64,000 nt of DNA from an uncultured Alphaproteobacteria bacterium (GCA_963777435.1 CAVZQT010000004.1:960730-1024729); one strand, 5' to 3'; numbered from the stretch's first letter, positions 10,159 to 19,265 are shown. The notes: a model not told the origin generated them from the sequence alone. Made by a program: numbers and translations.

Positions 10159-10476
10159 TTATTTACGATCTTGCTTCTGTACAATTTGGGTCCGAAGATC
10201 TGCAATAGCCTCGATGATTTGCGACAATGCAGTCCGCATCTCAGTCTGAAATTCATGCTCGTCCAGCCGACGCTGTTCCACTGCATGCTCGGCTGCGCGG
10301 ATGCGCAGTTCGTGCGAGGCGATCTGAACGCCAAGGTCAGAACGTAGGGTATCGATATCTCCGCGCAAACTTATGTAGCTGGTTACCGCGCCGCCACCGA
10401 CCGTCAGCAATAAGACCGCAGCCTGCATGATATGGCCGAAGTTGATCTCGGCTGAAAACCGCGGTTTGAGCATCAA
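10159..10476 (-). CDS. membrane-anchored coiled-coil protein, possible i-spanin (Rz-like)
   Basis: N-terminal TM segment (IMQAAVLLLTVGGGAVTSYISL) followed by a heptad-like helix (DIDTLRSDLGVQIASHELRIRAAEHAVEQRRLDEHEF...). Lies at the distal end of the tail operon. Confidence 0.4.
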   Translation of the reverse strand: MMLKPRFSAEINFGHIMQAAVLLLTVGGGAVTSYISLRGDIDTLRSDLGVQIASHELRIRAAEHAVEQRRLDEHEFQTEMRTALSQIIEAIADLRTQIVQKQDRK

Positions 10477-10906
10477 TTTACGGAACTGGTGACTGGAACA
10501 AAATTCGCCATAGCTCTATCCGATCCCTTATTCACGCTAAGAGCCCCGATTTAGGTAATACAGCCTATAGAAAGAAATGCCTTCGTCGGCACTCCGGTTT
10601 CAATGCCGGCGTAAATCTCACGTGTCAGAATGTTTTCTGCTTGTGCCCGATCTATAATCGAAATAGCGGCAATTCACACAGGCCGAAGCGGCAAGTGTGG
10701 CTATCCACCAGACATACCTCCTACAGTGCGGCGCCACAAAATTACAGCGCAGCATTGGCTCTGGTCGTGGTACTTGCCAGCGGCGACACCGTTTATCTTC
10801 AAGATTATCGAAAGGTTGAAGAAACCGGACTACTTGGGGGTACAATTCCCGCAGAGCCTCGCGGATTGACTTGGGTCGCCAGTGACGCCGATTGAAATGA
10901 CCGTAA

Positions 10907-12451
10907 TTACTCGATTGGTACGCCATCTGTCCGGCGGATCGTATTTCCTCCGATTTCAACTGGCGCAAGGCTCTCCTCCGACAGCCCGGTCGGAAAGATG
11001 CCCGGGATTACTGAGGAACCAGACGGAGTGTAGGTGTAGATCGTGGTGTCCGCCAGAGCTTGAGAACCGCCGCCGACGATATTGAAGCTCGGAAACTCAA
11101 AATAGATCGCTCGGGCTACAAACTGTGCCGGCAACACCTTGATAAAGACGTTTGACCCCATCAGTAGGAATTGCGAGCCAGCCGGCAGGTCGATGGCAAA
11201 CGTACCATAAAGCGCGCGATAGAGACCGGTTAGCGTGTAGCGGCTTGCCCCGGTCAGGGTCGCGGCTGTGTAGGAAATGAATTCAAGTTGTCCTACCGGC
11301 GTGCGCACAGCGCATAGACTGACCGCACTCGCTGCCAATTCCGTCGAGACACTGTTGAGTTGGCCATCGCTTTGCGAAAGATCAACCGTAACGCTGGTCC
11401 CGCTCGGGCCGCAATCGGCAGTCGTGTAACCCATGGTCGAGCGCCCGCTGAATTCACCGAACGCAGCAAAGCTGGATCCATCCAGTGAGGCGTAAATATC
11501 AGCGCCGCCCCAGTTCGAATCGAAGACCCCGCCCGGGCCACCCGATAGACCAATCACGATATAGGGCGAGGTCTGGCCTTGGCCGGCGAGCAGTTCCGCC
11601 GTTGGTTCGACGATGAACGGCTGGTTGACCGCAGGCGCGACCAGGCCGTAATTCGGGGTCGAGGCCTCCGAGGCGCCCGATTGCTTCGGATAGGGCATGG
11701 CTGTTGCTGCCCCCTGCCCCAAGCTGGTGATCCCAACAAATCCAGAAAATGGCGCTGACCGCGGGTAAAGTACGGTGCCCGGCGTCCCAAACCAATCCTC
11801 GGCAGTCACCGTCAATGTACCCTCGTCATCCTCCTCGATTGCGGTGATCCGTACCGACAAAGCTTGGGCGCCCAGCCTTACGTCAGTAATCTGCACTAAA
11901 TCCATTGGCTCGAGCAGGATGTATTTCCAACCCAATCGGAACGAATAAGTGTTACGGTACAGGAGCTGCCGCTGCAATACAAGCTGCGCGGCTGTAGCCG
12001 CGACAAAATAGGGATCGACGATTGCGCGCGCCTTGACTGATGTGTCGCGGCGCACGCCATAAAGGTCGATCGCACCCTGGTCGAAGGCCTCGGTAACAGT
12101 AGTATTGTACGAAGTGCCTCGATCGGTTACCTCAAGCTGCACCATATTCATCGCGTCAGCCGGGGTCGAGCGCGCAATACGCACCGGGTCGTCAGTAAAC
12201 CCACCAGTGATTGGCCCGGCGCTGAGACGCAATGCCGGGCCGCCGGGGGTGACCCCGGGAGAGGCGCCAACCGAGGAGGCCTGGACGATGAAATCGTCTT
12301 CGCCGAGACTGTAAATTGGGGCCGTGTTCGGCGTCCACGTATAGGACGCGCTTGTCGGGCCGATCACCAGAATTTCGGAGCCGGAGGCGCTGGCGGAGAT
12401 CACTGGAACCACCCCTGCGATCGAAACAATTGCTAACCCCTGTGTCGTCAC
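10907..12451 (-). CDS. host-specificity / tip-attachment protein, C-terminal part (lambda J / GTA g15-like)
   Basis: DPVRIARSTPADAMNMVQLEVTDRGTSYNTTVTEAFDQGAIDLYGVRRD...LEPMDLVQITD...VRITAIEEDDEG matches the central J/g15 domain. The GTG start overlaps the upstream stop as GTGA (12448-12451). Confidence 0.75.
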   Translation of the reverse strand: MTTQGLAIVSIAGVVPVISASASGSEILVIGPTSASYTWTPNTAPIYSLGEDDFIVQASSVGASPGVTPGGPALRLSAGPITGGFTDDPVRIARSTPADAMNMVQLEVTDRGTSYNTTVTEAFDQGAIDLYGVRRDTSVKARAIVDPYFVAATAAQLVLQRQLLYRNTYSFRLGWKYILLEPMDLVQITDVRLGAQALSVRITAIEEDDEGTLTVTAEDWFGTPGTVLYPRSAPFSGFVGITSLGQGAATAMPYPKQSGASEASTPNYGLVAPAVNQPFIVEPTAELLAGQGQTSPYIVIGLSGGPGGVFDSNWGGADIYASLDGSSFAAFGEFSGRSTMGYTTADCGPSGTSVTVDLSQSDGQLNSVSTELAASAVSLCAVRTPVGQLEFISYTAATLTGASRYTLTGLYRALYGTFAIDLPAGSQFLLMGSNVFIKVLPAQFVARAIYFEFPSFNIVGGGSQALADTTIYTYTPSGSSVIPGIFPTGLSEESLAPVEIGGNTIRRTDGVPIE

Positions 12452-13470
12452 CGTCGCATAGAGCCCGGCCGAACCCAGTGTTCCGTTGCCGGGATCAGCG
12501 AGGGTGCCGTTCCGGTAACTAGCATCGCCAGTGCCGCTCCGGCAGCCTCATAGCTGACCACGTCATTCGCTGTGAGATAGTGGCTTAAGGTCATTGGAGC
12601 GCCAGGAAAGTCGCCATCTATCGTCAGCGATATCAGATCTCCCTCGGCCAAGGGACCGACAAATGCAATCGAGGTAAAGGTGGTGGACAACGGCCGGTCG
12701 CCATAGGGAATGATTTTCAACAACCCCCCGGACCAAACTACGGCGCTGTTGGTGATCGCAGCGATTTCGGCGAGTATCTGCTGGGCAGACTGCTGCTGGT
12801 CATAAACCGGCGCGAGCATCAGCCCGGCAGCGTTGCAATAATTCCGATAGTTCTCCAGGCTGTCGAGGTTGGCGGGCGGAAATTGCGCGCCATAACGGTC
12901 GTTGGTCAACAAATCGGTGATGATTGCGGCCGGGCTGGCGTCACAGCCATTGGGTCCGGTGCCGAATTCCATCCCGTAGATTTCGACGTTGAAATTCGGC
13001 AGCGCCGGACTAGGCCCGAGCTGGTACTGGTCGCCGGTGAAGAATGCGGTTCCCGAATAGTTGATCGCATTATTTGGGTAATTCGCGGTCCAGTAGCTGT
13101 CGGCCGCCTGACCATCGCCGCCGACCGCGGAAAACGAAATCCCGCTGCCGCCGAGCAGAGTTGTGACCGTTTTGCTGTACCAAAATAGGCCTAAATTGGC
13201 GACTGGTCCCTGGCACAGCCCGGCGACAAAATCGACCTGATACATAGTCTGAGCGCCACCCTTGCCCTGGGTGTTGCTGCCGCCCCCTTTGCCTCCCTTA
13301 CCTTTGCCGCCGTTAGCGCTAAAATTCTGATAATCGAGTAGGTTGATTGCAACACGATTGGCGCCGTAGACGAGCGGGATCGTTCCACCCTTCTGGCTGG
13401 TTTGGAAGCGCAGCGATGCAGCAACATTCTGCTGCTTGGCGTTGCTGCCTCGCCCGAGGATACCGGTCAT
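12448..13470 (-). CDS. host-specificity / tip-attachment protein, N-terminal part (Phage-tail_3-like)
   Basis: N-terminal pattern GGKGKGGKGGGSNTQGKGG..YQVDFVAGLCQGPV and ITDLLTN..YG...LKIIPYGD, typical of J/g15-type proteins. The last ~20 aa look out of frame. Confidence 0.72.
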   Translation of the reverse strand: MTGILGRGSNAKQQNVAASLRFQTSQKGGTIPLVYGANRVAINLLDYQNFSANGGKGKGGKGGGSNTQGKGGAQTMYQVDFVAGLCQGPVANLGLFWYSKTVTTLLGGSGISFSAVGGDGQAADSYWTANYPNNAINYSGTAFFTGDQYQLGPSPALPNFNVEIYGMEFGTGPNGCDASPAAIITDLLTNDRYGAQFPPANLDSLENYRNYCNAAGLMLAPVYDQQQSAQQILAEIAAITNSAVVWSGGLLKIIPYGDRPLSTTFTSIAFVGPLAEGDLISLTIDGDFPGAPMTLSHYLTANDVVSYEAAGAALAMLVTGTAPSLIPATEHWVRPGSMRR

Positions 13471-13539
13471 ATCAATTCGCTAGAGGCGGAGAGCGGTGTG
13501 AGAAATTCTTGCCCGTTCTCACCGAAAGTCTTCCTCTCA

Positions 13540-14100
13540 CTATTTCGCCATCTGATTGTTAAAGAATGGTGAGAAGAACCGCACGGGTCGGCCGGCGAGC
13601 AATGGCTGGGTGGCTTCGCCGCGCATCACGCCGCCGGCGTGCCAGGCGTGGATTAGCTTTGGCCATCCGGTGACAATTGCGCCATGCGAATAGCAGCGCC
13701 CGAATTTGAATAGCGCGACGTCGCCGGGCTCGGCACCGTCGACTTCGCAGGCATGGGCAACGAGCCCGTCAACATAGCGCTCCGCTGAGCGATGCAGGTG
13801 CCAGTCGGGTGGGTAAAACGGGATATCGAGTGCTGGGGTGATTCCCGCCCCGTAGTAGACCCCGGCCAGCAGTGTCAAGCAATCGCAGCCAACGCCTTTA
13901 AGCCGGCCCATGTGATGGTATGGCGTGCCGAGCCAGGCTTCGGCCTCGGCGATCACCTGTCGTCTTGCAACCAGCATTTCGCTATCTACTTGTGCCAGTA
14001 AAGCGTGGTTACAAAGTCGGCCCGTTGGGTGTATTCCATACTTTTGGCTTCCTCCCGCTAGCATGTTGTGCTGCTGGTCGTACGCTGTGTTGCCGTCCAT
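13540..14100 (-). CDS. NlpC/P60 family cell-wall peptidase (GTA g14-like)
   Basis: AWLGTPYHHMGRLKGVGCDCLTLLAGVY (catalytic Cys) and CYSHGAIV (His). Start moved to the ATG at 14100, 5 nt after the upstream stop. Confidence 0.82.
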   Translation of the reverse strand: MDGNTAYDQQHNMLAGGSQKYGIHPTGRLCNHALLAQVDSEMLVARRQVIAEAEAWLGTPYHHMGRLKGVGCDCLTLLAGVYYGAGITPALDIPFYPPDWHLHRSAERYVDGLVAHACEVDGAEPGDVALFKFGRCYSHGAIVTGWPKLIHAWHAGGVMRGEATQPLLAGRPVRFFSPFFNNQMAK

Positions 14101-14105
14101 TTCGC

Positions 14106-15167
14106 TCAGCTTCCGTTGGGAGGAGCTGGGGGCCATGGATGCTGGTGCGGCGGTGCGGGCGGCTCGTGCGGCGAGTGATGCCGCGGCAGATGCGAGCAAT
14201 TCTCGGGCGGCCGATGGAACGGGGCGAACCCTTCGCCGTTGTCATCCTCCCAGCGCTGGCGGAGGTATTGGTCCCATTCGTGTTCGAGGCTCGCCTTGTT
14301 GCCTGCGAATTCCAAAACACCCCACGTGTTGCGCTTCAAATCCGTCATCGGGTCAAACTCGTGACGCAAGAACATCTGCCAGCGATCCCAGTATTGGCGA
14401 TTGTGCTTAGCGCCATGAAACCGGTGTTCGATCGTTCCGGGCACAAAGCCGATGCGTCGGTTGACAGCATATTGAATACGGGCTTCCCATGCGGTCAGCA
14501 GCGAGCGGTAATTCAGCGAGACGTTCGGGGGCATTGATTTATTAACCTGGCCCAACATCGCAACGGCCATATGGTGATCGGCTGCGCCCATGCCGCCGTA
14601 TTCAAACAGACCACCGATTTCGTTCAGGATAGATCGTTTTGTGGCCCAGCAATAACCGGAATGCGGATACTCTCGACCGCCCGTCCAGAACTGTGAGAAC
14701 GATTGCCCATCACCAACCACGATCGGATGGCCTTGGAGATATTGACGACAAAACGATCGCCACACTGCGGCATGACTATCGCCGGGTCCAAGATCGTAGC
14801 AGGATTCCCATGGCTGGACGATATGATAGTGTTGGAGCGCGTCGATCGTCGCTGCGACCCAATCCTTGCGGCGCGGGAAGATGTCACTATCGGACCAACA
14901 GATATATTTTGCTTCCGGCCGGCGGGCAATCCCGAGATTGATCAGGTTTTCTTTCGTCCATGCCCACGAGTCGGCGCGCACCCCGATATGATGCACGACG
15001 CCGGGAATTTCGCAACGCCAGGGCTGTTCTCCATAGACGCATTCTATAACTGTAACCTCGGCCCCGAGATCGTGCATTATATGCGCCCAATCGACATAAT
15101 GCCTATGTGGCGCGCGCCAGCCGATTGGATTGAACCGCGCTGTAAAGACGTGTAGCGTTGGGTCCAT
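14106..15167 (-). CDS. GT-A-fold glycosyltransferase-like protein (phage moron)
   Basis: 353-aa ORF with a DxD-type motif (YICWSDSDIF), HSGYCWATKRS, GGMGAADHHMA and HRFHGAKHNRQY, a pattern I associate with phage and bacterial nucleotide-sugar transferases. Unusual His/Pro-rich tail. Confidence 0.55.
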   Translation of the reverse strand: MDPTLHVFTARFNPIGWRAPHRHYVDWAHIMHDLGAEVTVIECVYGEQPWRCEIPGVVHHIGVRADSWAWTKENLINLGIARRPEAKYICWSDSDIFPRRKDWVAATIDALQHYHIVQPWESCYDLGPGDSHAAVWRSFCRQYLQGHPIVVGDGQSFSQFWTGGREYPHSGYCWATKRSILNEIGGLFEYGGMGAADHHMAVAMLGQVNKSMPPNVSLNYRSLLTAWEARIQYAVNRRIGFVPGTIEHRFHGAKHNRQYWDRWQMFLRHEFDPMTDLKRNTWGVLEFAGNKASLEHEWDQYLRQRWEDDNGEGFAPFHRPPENCSHLPRHHSPHEPPAPPHQHPWPPAPPNGS

Positions 15168-15181
15168 GGTAAGTCCTGAAT

Positions 15182-16030
15182 CTATAGTGCGTTCTCGGGG
15201 GCCGGGATAAACGGCATTCCGCCGAAATGGATTTGGTTGCCGAATGTATTGGTGCAGGTCGCGAGGCTGTGGTCGCAGCCTGGTAGCAGTGCGAATTGAT
15301 CGCCGACGGCCGGGGCAGCGAGTAAAGCGAGCTTAATAAGAACCGATTGCCCTGATCCAAACCCGGCGATCGTCCGCGTTTCGCCAGCATTGGCTCCGGA
15401 CACCCCGATAATCGAGCCCTGGACGAATGGCGTCGATGTCACCGGCGCGCCCTGGACCATGGTCGATGTTGATCCGGCGGCACATTGAAAAGTCAGCGCG
15501 AGGCTGTGACGATCGAATTGACACATGGCGTCGCCAAAGACATGAGTGCAAGATGGCTGCCACAGCCGCCGCGGCATTTGAATGTTCAATAATTCGAGAT
15601 GCGAGCGGCATTTCATGTCGAGTCCAGTGCGGCTTGCGTCGACGTCCGACACGCGCCCGGCAAACAACACAACAGTGCCGGCGACTGTTCCATAGGGTTG
15701 CATAAAGGCCCGTTCAAGCTGCATGGTGGCGCCATCGAATTGTCCCGTCCACGCCGCCTGCAGCCATGGGATCGACCCTAATAGATCGGTTGGCTCAGGA
15801 TAAACTTTAATATGGAGTTCGTCGACCTGGACACCCGTGACGATTTTGACTTTGGAGCGCTCGAATTTTGGACCGAGCGCGAATAAATTGCCATCAGCCA
15901 AAACCGCGGTTGCAGCCCCCGAATAGCGATAAAGCCGTCCACCCGCCAAAACGAAAGTATAGAGATCTGCCATGATGAATTGCGTGCTCGAATTAAGCAA
16001 TGCAATGAGAGCAGGTCTTGCAGTTTTCAT
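15182..16030 (-). CDS. phage BR0599/DUF2163 family distal tail protein (GTA g13-like)
   Basis: N-terminal ALIALLNSSTQFIMADLYTF and a C-terminal CDHSLATCTNTFGNQIHFGGMPFIP signature. Confidence 0.85.
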   Translation of the reverse strand: MKTARPALIALLNSSTQFIMADLYTFVLAGGRLYRYSGAATAVLADGNLFALGPKFERSKVKIVTGVQVDELHIKVYPEPTDLLGSIPWLQAAWTGQFDGATMQLERAFMQPYGTVAGTVVLFAGRVSDVDASRTGLDMKCRSHLELLNIQMPRRLWQPSCTHVFGDAMCQFDRHSLALTFQCAAGSTSTMVQGAPVTSTPFVQGSIIGVSGANAGETRTIAGFGSGQSVLIKLALLAAPAVGDQFALLPGCDHSLATCTNTFGNQIHFGGMPFIPAPENAL

Positions 16031-16648
16031 GAAAACACCGTAATAAACGTCAGCTTTTTAACTTGCCACAGGCGATACATGAAATTGTCAAAGCTGTAAC
16101 TATCATCGGCAAACCGGCACCGAAACCAATAAGAGAAGTCCGCCGTAATTACTGAGCCGGTGCTAGGCGGTATTACGAACGATATTATTCCGGTACTCGG
16201 ATCAACACTGTAGATGTCAGCGTTTTGGATTATTCCGTCAATGTAAATCGCGTCGACGTTATTGGGGGCAACTATCGGTTCTGCGAAGCCACCGCCGGGC
16301 AATGAAGTCCCTATTGTCCGCTGCAGCTGAAAAGTGTCTCTGCTGGAATCTCCGATACCGATATGCTGGTCGGCCACCCACTTATCGCTTGGATCTTGAA
16401 ACAAAAACGTATCGTAGGCGCCCTGGCTGGCAAGATAAAACCCCAACAAAGTCCGTAGTTCATCGAGCTCCTGCTTCAGGATCGTCGCGCAAAAATGCGA
16501 AACTCAGCGTGAACTGCCATAGCGGATAGGGATAATCGAGCGCCCTAAGCTCGCGACCGGAAGCCGCTCGCTAAATCCGTGTCTGAAAGGTGGGTGTTTT
16601 TGTAACGCTCCACGTGAGCCCTGGTAATTCGGGAAAAATCATTGTCAT
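16027..16648 (-). pseudogene. distal tail protein (DUF2460/GTA g12-like) with an in-frame TAG and a +1 frameshift
   Basis: ATG at 16648 overlaps the tape-measure stop (TGATG). It reads MTMIFPELPGLTWSVTKTPTFQTRI-TAG(16571-16573)-RAASGRELRALDYPYPLWQFTLSFAFLRDDPE, then needs a +1 shift near 16465-16480 to join KQELDELRTLLGFYLASQGAYDTFLFQDPSD (track ORF 16027..16449). Confidence 0.8.
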
Positions 16649-17741
16649 CAAGAATTCCGCAGCGCTGAACCGTTGCGCATCGCTTGATTGATTGCCGCCA
16701 CCAAGGTTGCCCCATTATTTTTGAAGAAGGTGGCGACTGACTGGCTATCCATCGCCGAGACGTTGAAGACGATGGGATTGCCGTTCGAGGCTAAGGAGCC
16801 GGAGCCTATTGCGGACTGCAGGCCCTCACTAATATTTGCCGGTAGGACCATTTCGTTGGTATGCAAGAGCGCCAACGATGTCGATGGCACCATCCAGCCG
16901 CCCTGAGCTGACGGTACGATGCCGCCGTGTTCAAAGCCGAAGATGGATCCGATGCCTTTGAGAGCGCTCCCAAGAATTCCGCCACCAAAGATCCCCTCGC
17001 CAGCCGAACTGACCAGGTTCGAGAAACCTTGGTCGCCGCCCCCAAACGGATTACTACCCAACGAACCACAATTCGGCCGAGTACATCTTTAACCGCTGAA
17101 TTCACAAACCCGCCGACGATCGAATTCGCTAAGTTCGCCAGTGCAGTCTGAGCTGTTGCAGTCCCTGTAACGAATTCTCGAGATAGAAGAGCTTAGAGAA
17201 TTTTCGACCGGCTGCAGTGAATTTTGCCATTGCCCTTGACTGTTTCGTACCGCTATAGCGTCGAGTTTGTCCTTTTCGTTCAGATATTGCTGATAGGCAA
17301 GTGACTTTTGTTGGTTCAGCTTTCCTTGGTTTTGGGCATCGTCTTCAGCGGCGGCCCGCTTTTTTCATAGAATTCCTGCTGTAGCGCCCATTGGTCATTA
17401 ATCGAATCCGCGAGGCTTGCTGCCTCGTTGTCTTGTTGTGTGACCGATATGCCAGGTAACTGATAATCGCTGTTGACGGTATTGCCGGCAGGGCTCGGTC
17501 CACTTCGCACCGGTCCAGTGATGGCGGCTGTGTTGGCCTGCAACGTGCTGATCGTCGCATCTATCTGCTTCGCCGTTGCGGCGATATCGCTCCGCGCCTG
17601 CTCTGCAACGCTGCTGAGATCAGAGAACTGACCCTTGATCGCCCCCACCGCCGTCTCGACGGCGTCAGCGGCGCTTTTCATTCCGGATAGGAGATCGTCG
17701 ACCTGAGCAGTTATAGCGACGCTGGTTTCGATATCCGCCAC
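16648..17741 (-). pseudogene. tail tape measure protein, fragmented by several frameshifts
   Basis: Protein-like pieces sit in three frames. Piece 1 is 17316..17741, a helical N-part. Piece 2 is the middle segment (KRAAAEDDAQNQGKLNQQKSLAYQQYLNEKDKLDAIAV..., TALANLANSIVGGFVNSAVKDVLG). Piece 3 is 16648..17061, with a tape-measure C-terminal pattern (GGIVPSAQGGWMVP..LHTNEMVLPA). The first break lies at a T6 run, 17360-17365. Confidence 0.78.
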
Positions 17742-17776
17742 GTTTTCCTCTCAAGAGACCGCTACTGCCCGATACC

Positions 17777-18058
17777 TCAGGAATCTTTTCGATCTAACGG
17801 ATTCTGATCAATCCGCCGAAGCTTCGAAAAATCGAGCTCCGGGGACTGCAACCCCGCATGGACATCGCGGCTCATGAATGCGGGACCGAGTTCGGTAAGG
17901 AGCTGTTCGGCTTCACCTCGCGCCCGCAACGTGTCAGATGTGACGGCGTGAGATTTGCGACTACCCCTTCTCGCACCAAAATGAGCGGCGATAATCAGGT
18001 GTGCTGGCGGATGGTCGATCCAATATCGGGTCAGCTCCTCGATGTCGAAGAGCGTCAT
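17777..18058 (-). CDS. hypothetical protein in the tail-assembly region
   Basis: 93-aa ORF between the chaperone and tape measure genes (MTLFDIEELTRYWIDHPPAHLI...). Function is assigned only by position. Confidence 0.5.
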   Translation of the reverse strand: MTLFDIEELTRYWIDHPPAHLIIAAHFGARRGSRKSHAVTSDTLRARGEAEQLLTELGPAFMSRDVHAGLQSPELDFSKLRRIDQNPLDRKDS

Positions 18059-18066
18059 TGTATCGA

Positions 18067-18514
18067 TTACCGGATAAGTGTATCCACAAGCTGTGGCGAG
18101 GAGACCATAGATTTGTCCCCAGTCGCTGCCGCGGTTGGCCCTGTCGCCCCCGAGCTGCGTTCGGGGGCCACGGATTCCCCCGGCCTAAGTGTCCTCGGGC
18201 TGAGACCAGAACCAGTTAGGACTGCGCTCAATACGGGCGCGGCGTTGCCAAGGTCCAGCAGGCTTTCAACCGTATCTGCCGTAATACCGGGATAGTTCCT
18301 CTGCAATGCAACAGACACAATTTCAACCAAGATGCCGATCTGAGAACTCGCCCATCTGCGTGTTGACATCAGACAACTCCCTTACTTTCGGCATCAACAG
18401 GCGAAGCTGACCTAAAGTTAACGGTGGGACTGTCCATTCCTGGCCACCCATCGTGATCGTCACTCCGGGGATCACTCTTTTCTCCCAAATGCCGGAGGCA
18501 TCGACAGTACCCAA
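18067..18514 (-). pseudogene. tail assembly chaperone, split by a +1 frameshift
   Basis: 18323..18514 (..TMGGQEWTVPPLTLGQLRLLMPKVRELSDVNTQMGEFS) continues in the +1 frame as IGILVEIVSVALQRNYPGITADTVESLLDLGNAAPVL (18067..18369). Together they resemble one chaperone domain. Confidence 0.65.
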
Positions 18515-18518
18515 GTTA

Positions 18519-19265
18519 TCATTCGACTGTGCTCAGATAACCGATGGTCCCGGAAGCGTCAGCAAACGCCATGAAATCGAGTTCACTGATTGTCCAATCA
18601 TCGATTTTTGTCGGCATCGAGAGTTTGTTGGCAGTACAACTATTCAACCGCAACGCTGTTCCCTCGCCGCTATAGGTGGTGTAAAACGTAGCCTTGAATG
18701 TCGGTGTTGTTCCCATCAGCTGATTAGTTAAGGTCAATTTACTCCCGGATACTGGGCCATTATAAGTGTATGAGATCATTACCGCAGCGTTAGCGTCCAC
18801 CGCAGCAAATGTATAAACGCCAGTTGCGAAGTTGACCGAGTATTGGCCCGCGGAAGAGGGCGTGGTCACTCGATTGAACCGTTTTCCATTGGCAGCATAC
18901 ACAACACCGAGATCGTCGTTGAAGGCAGATGCGTTTGCGACCGTCACGGTGAACGGGATGACAGCCGGAACAATTGCCGCCTCAAGTTCCGATATCGCGA
19001 ACTGGCCCGTAGCCGCGGGGATCCCAAAGAAGATGTCGGAGTAAAGAAGGCCAAGAATCTGTGCAAATTTCGCTTTTCCCGTGATCTTTCCTTGGCCTCG
19101 AGCTATGGCGAGCGGAAACTGAAGCTGTCCATACAATTCTTTATCGGTCCAATCGAAATCGATCTGGATATCCTGAAGCACCCCGAACTGGCGCGGCCCG
19201 ATCCCCGAGCCTGAAACATCTGTACGTTCTCCCCACAGTGCACCTGAGCCAAAGCTGAGCTGCAT
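18519..19265 (-). CDS. major tail protein
   Basis: 248-aa ORF directly upstream of the chaperone genes, beta-rich, with no lesions seen. Assigned mainly by position. Confidence 0.65.
   Translation of the reverse strand: MQLSFGSGALWGERTDVSGSGIGPRQFGVLQDIQIDFDWTDKELYGQLQFPLAIARGQGKITGKAKFAQILGLLYSDIFFGIPAATGQFAISELEAAIVPAVIPFTVTVANASAFNDDLGVVYAANGKRFNRVTTPSSAGQYSVNFATGVYTFAAVDANAAVMISYTYNGPVSGSKLTLTNQLMGTTPTFKATFYTTYSGEGTALRLNSCTANKLSMPTKIDDWTISELDFMAFADASGTIGYLSTVE

Noticed and set aside
10618-10968. A 116-aa minus-strand ORF (possible holin-like hydrophobic stretch YVWWIATLAASACV) and antisense ORFs 10630..10869 and 10147..10347 in the low-GC left end.
   Set aside because: It overlaps the 3' end of the host-specificity gene, is Arg/Cys-rich, and has no SD or recognisable motif. 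There is not enough support to call a gene.
18067-18514. Canonical programmed -1 frameshift (G/GT) in the tail chaperone genes.
   Set aside because: The needed shift is +1, lies within a single domain, and has no slippery heptamer in the overlap.
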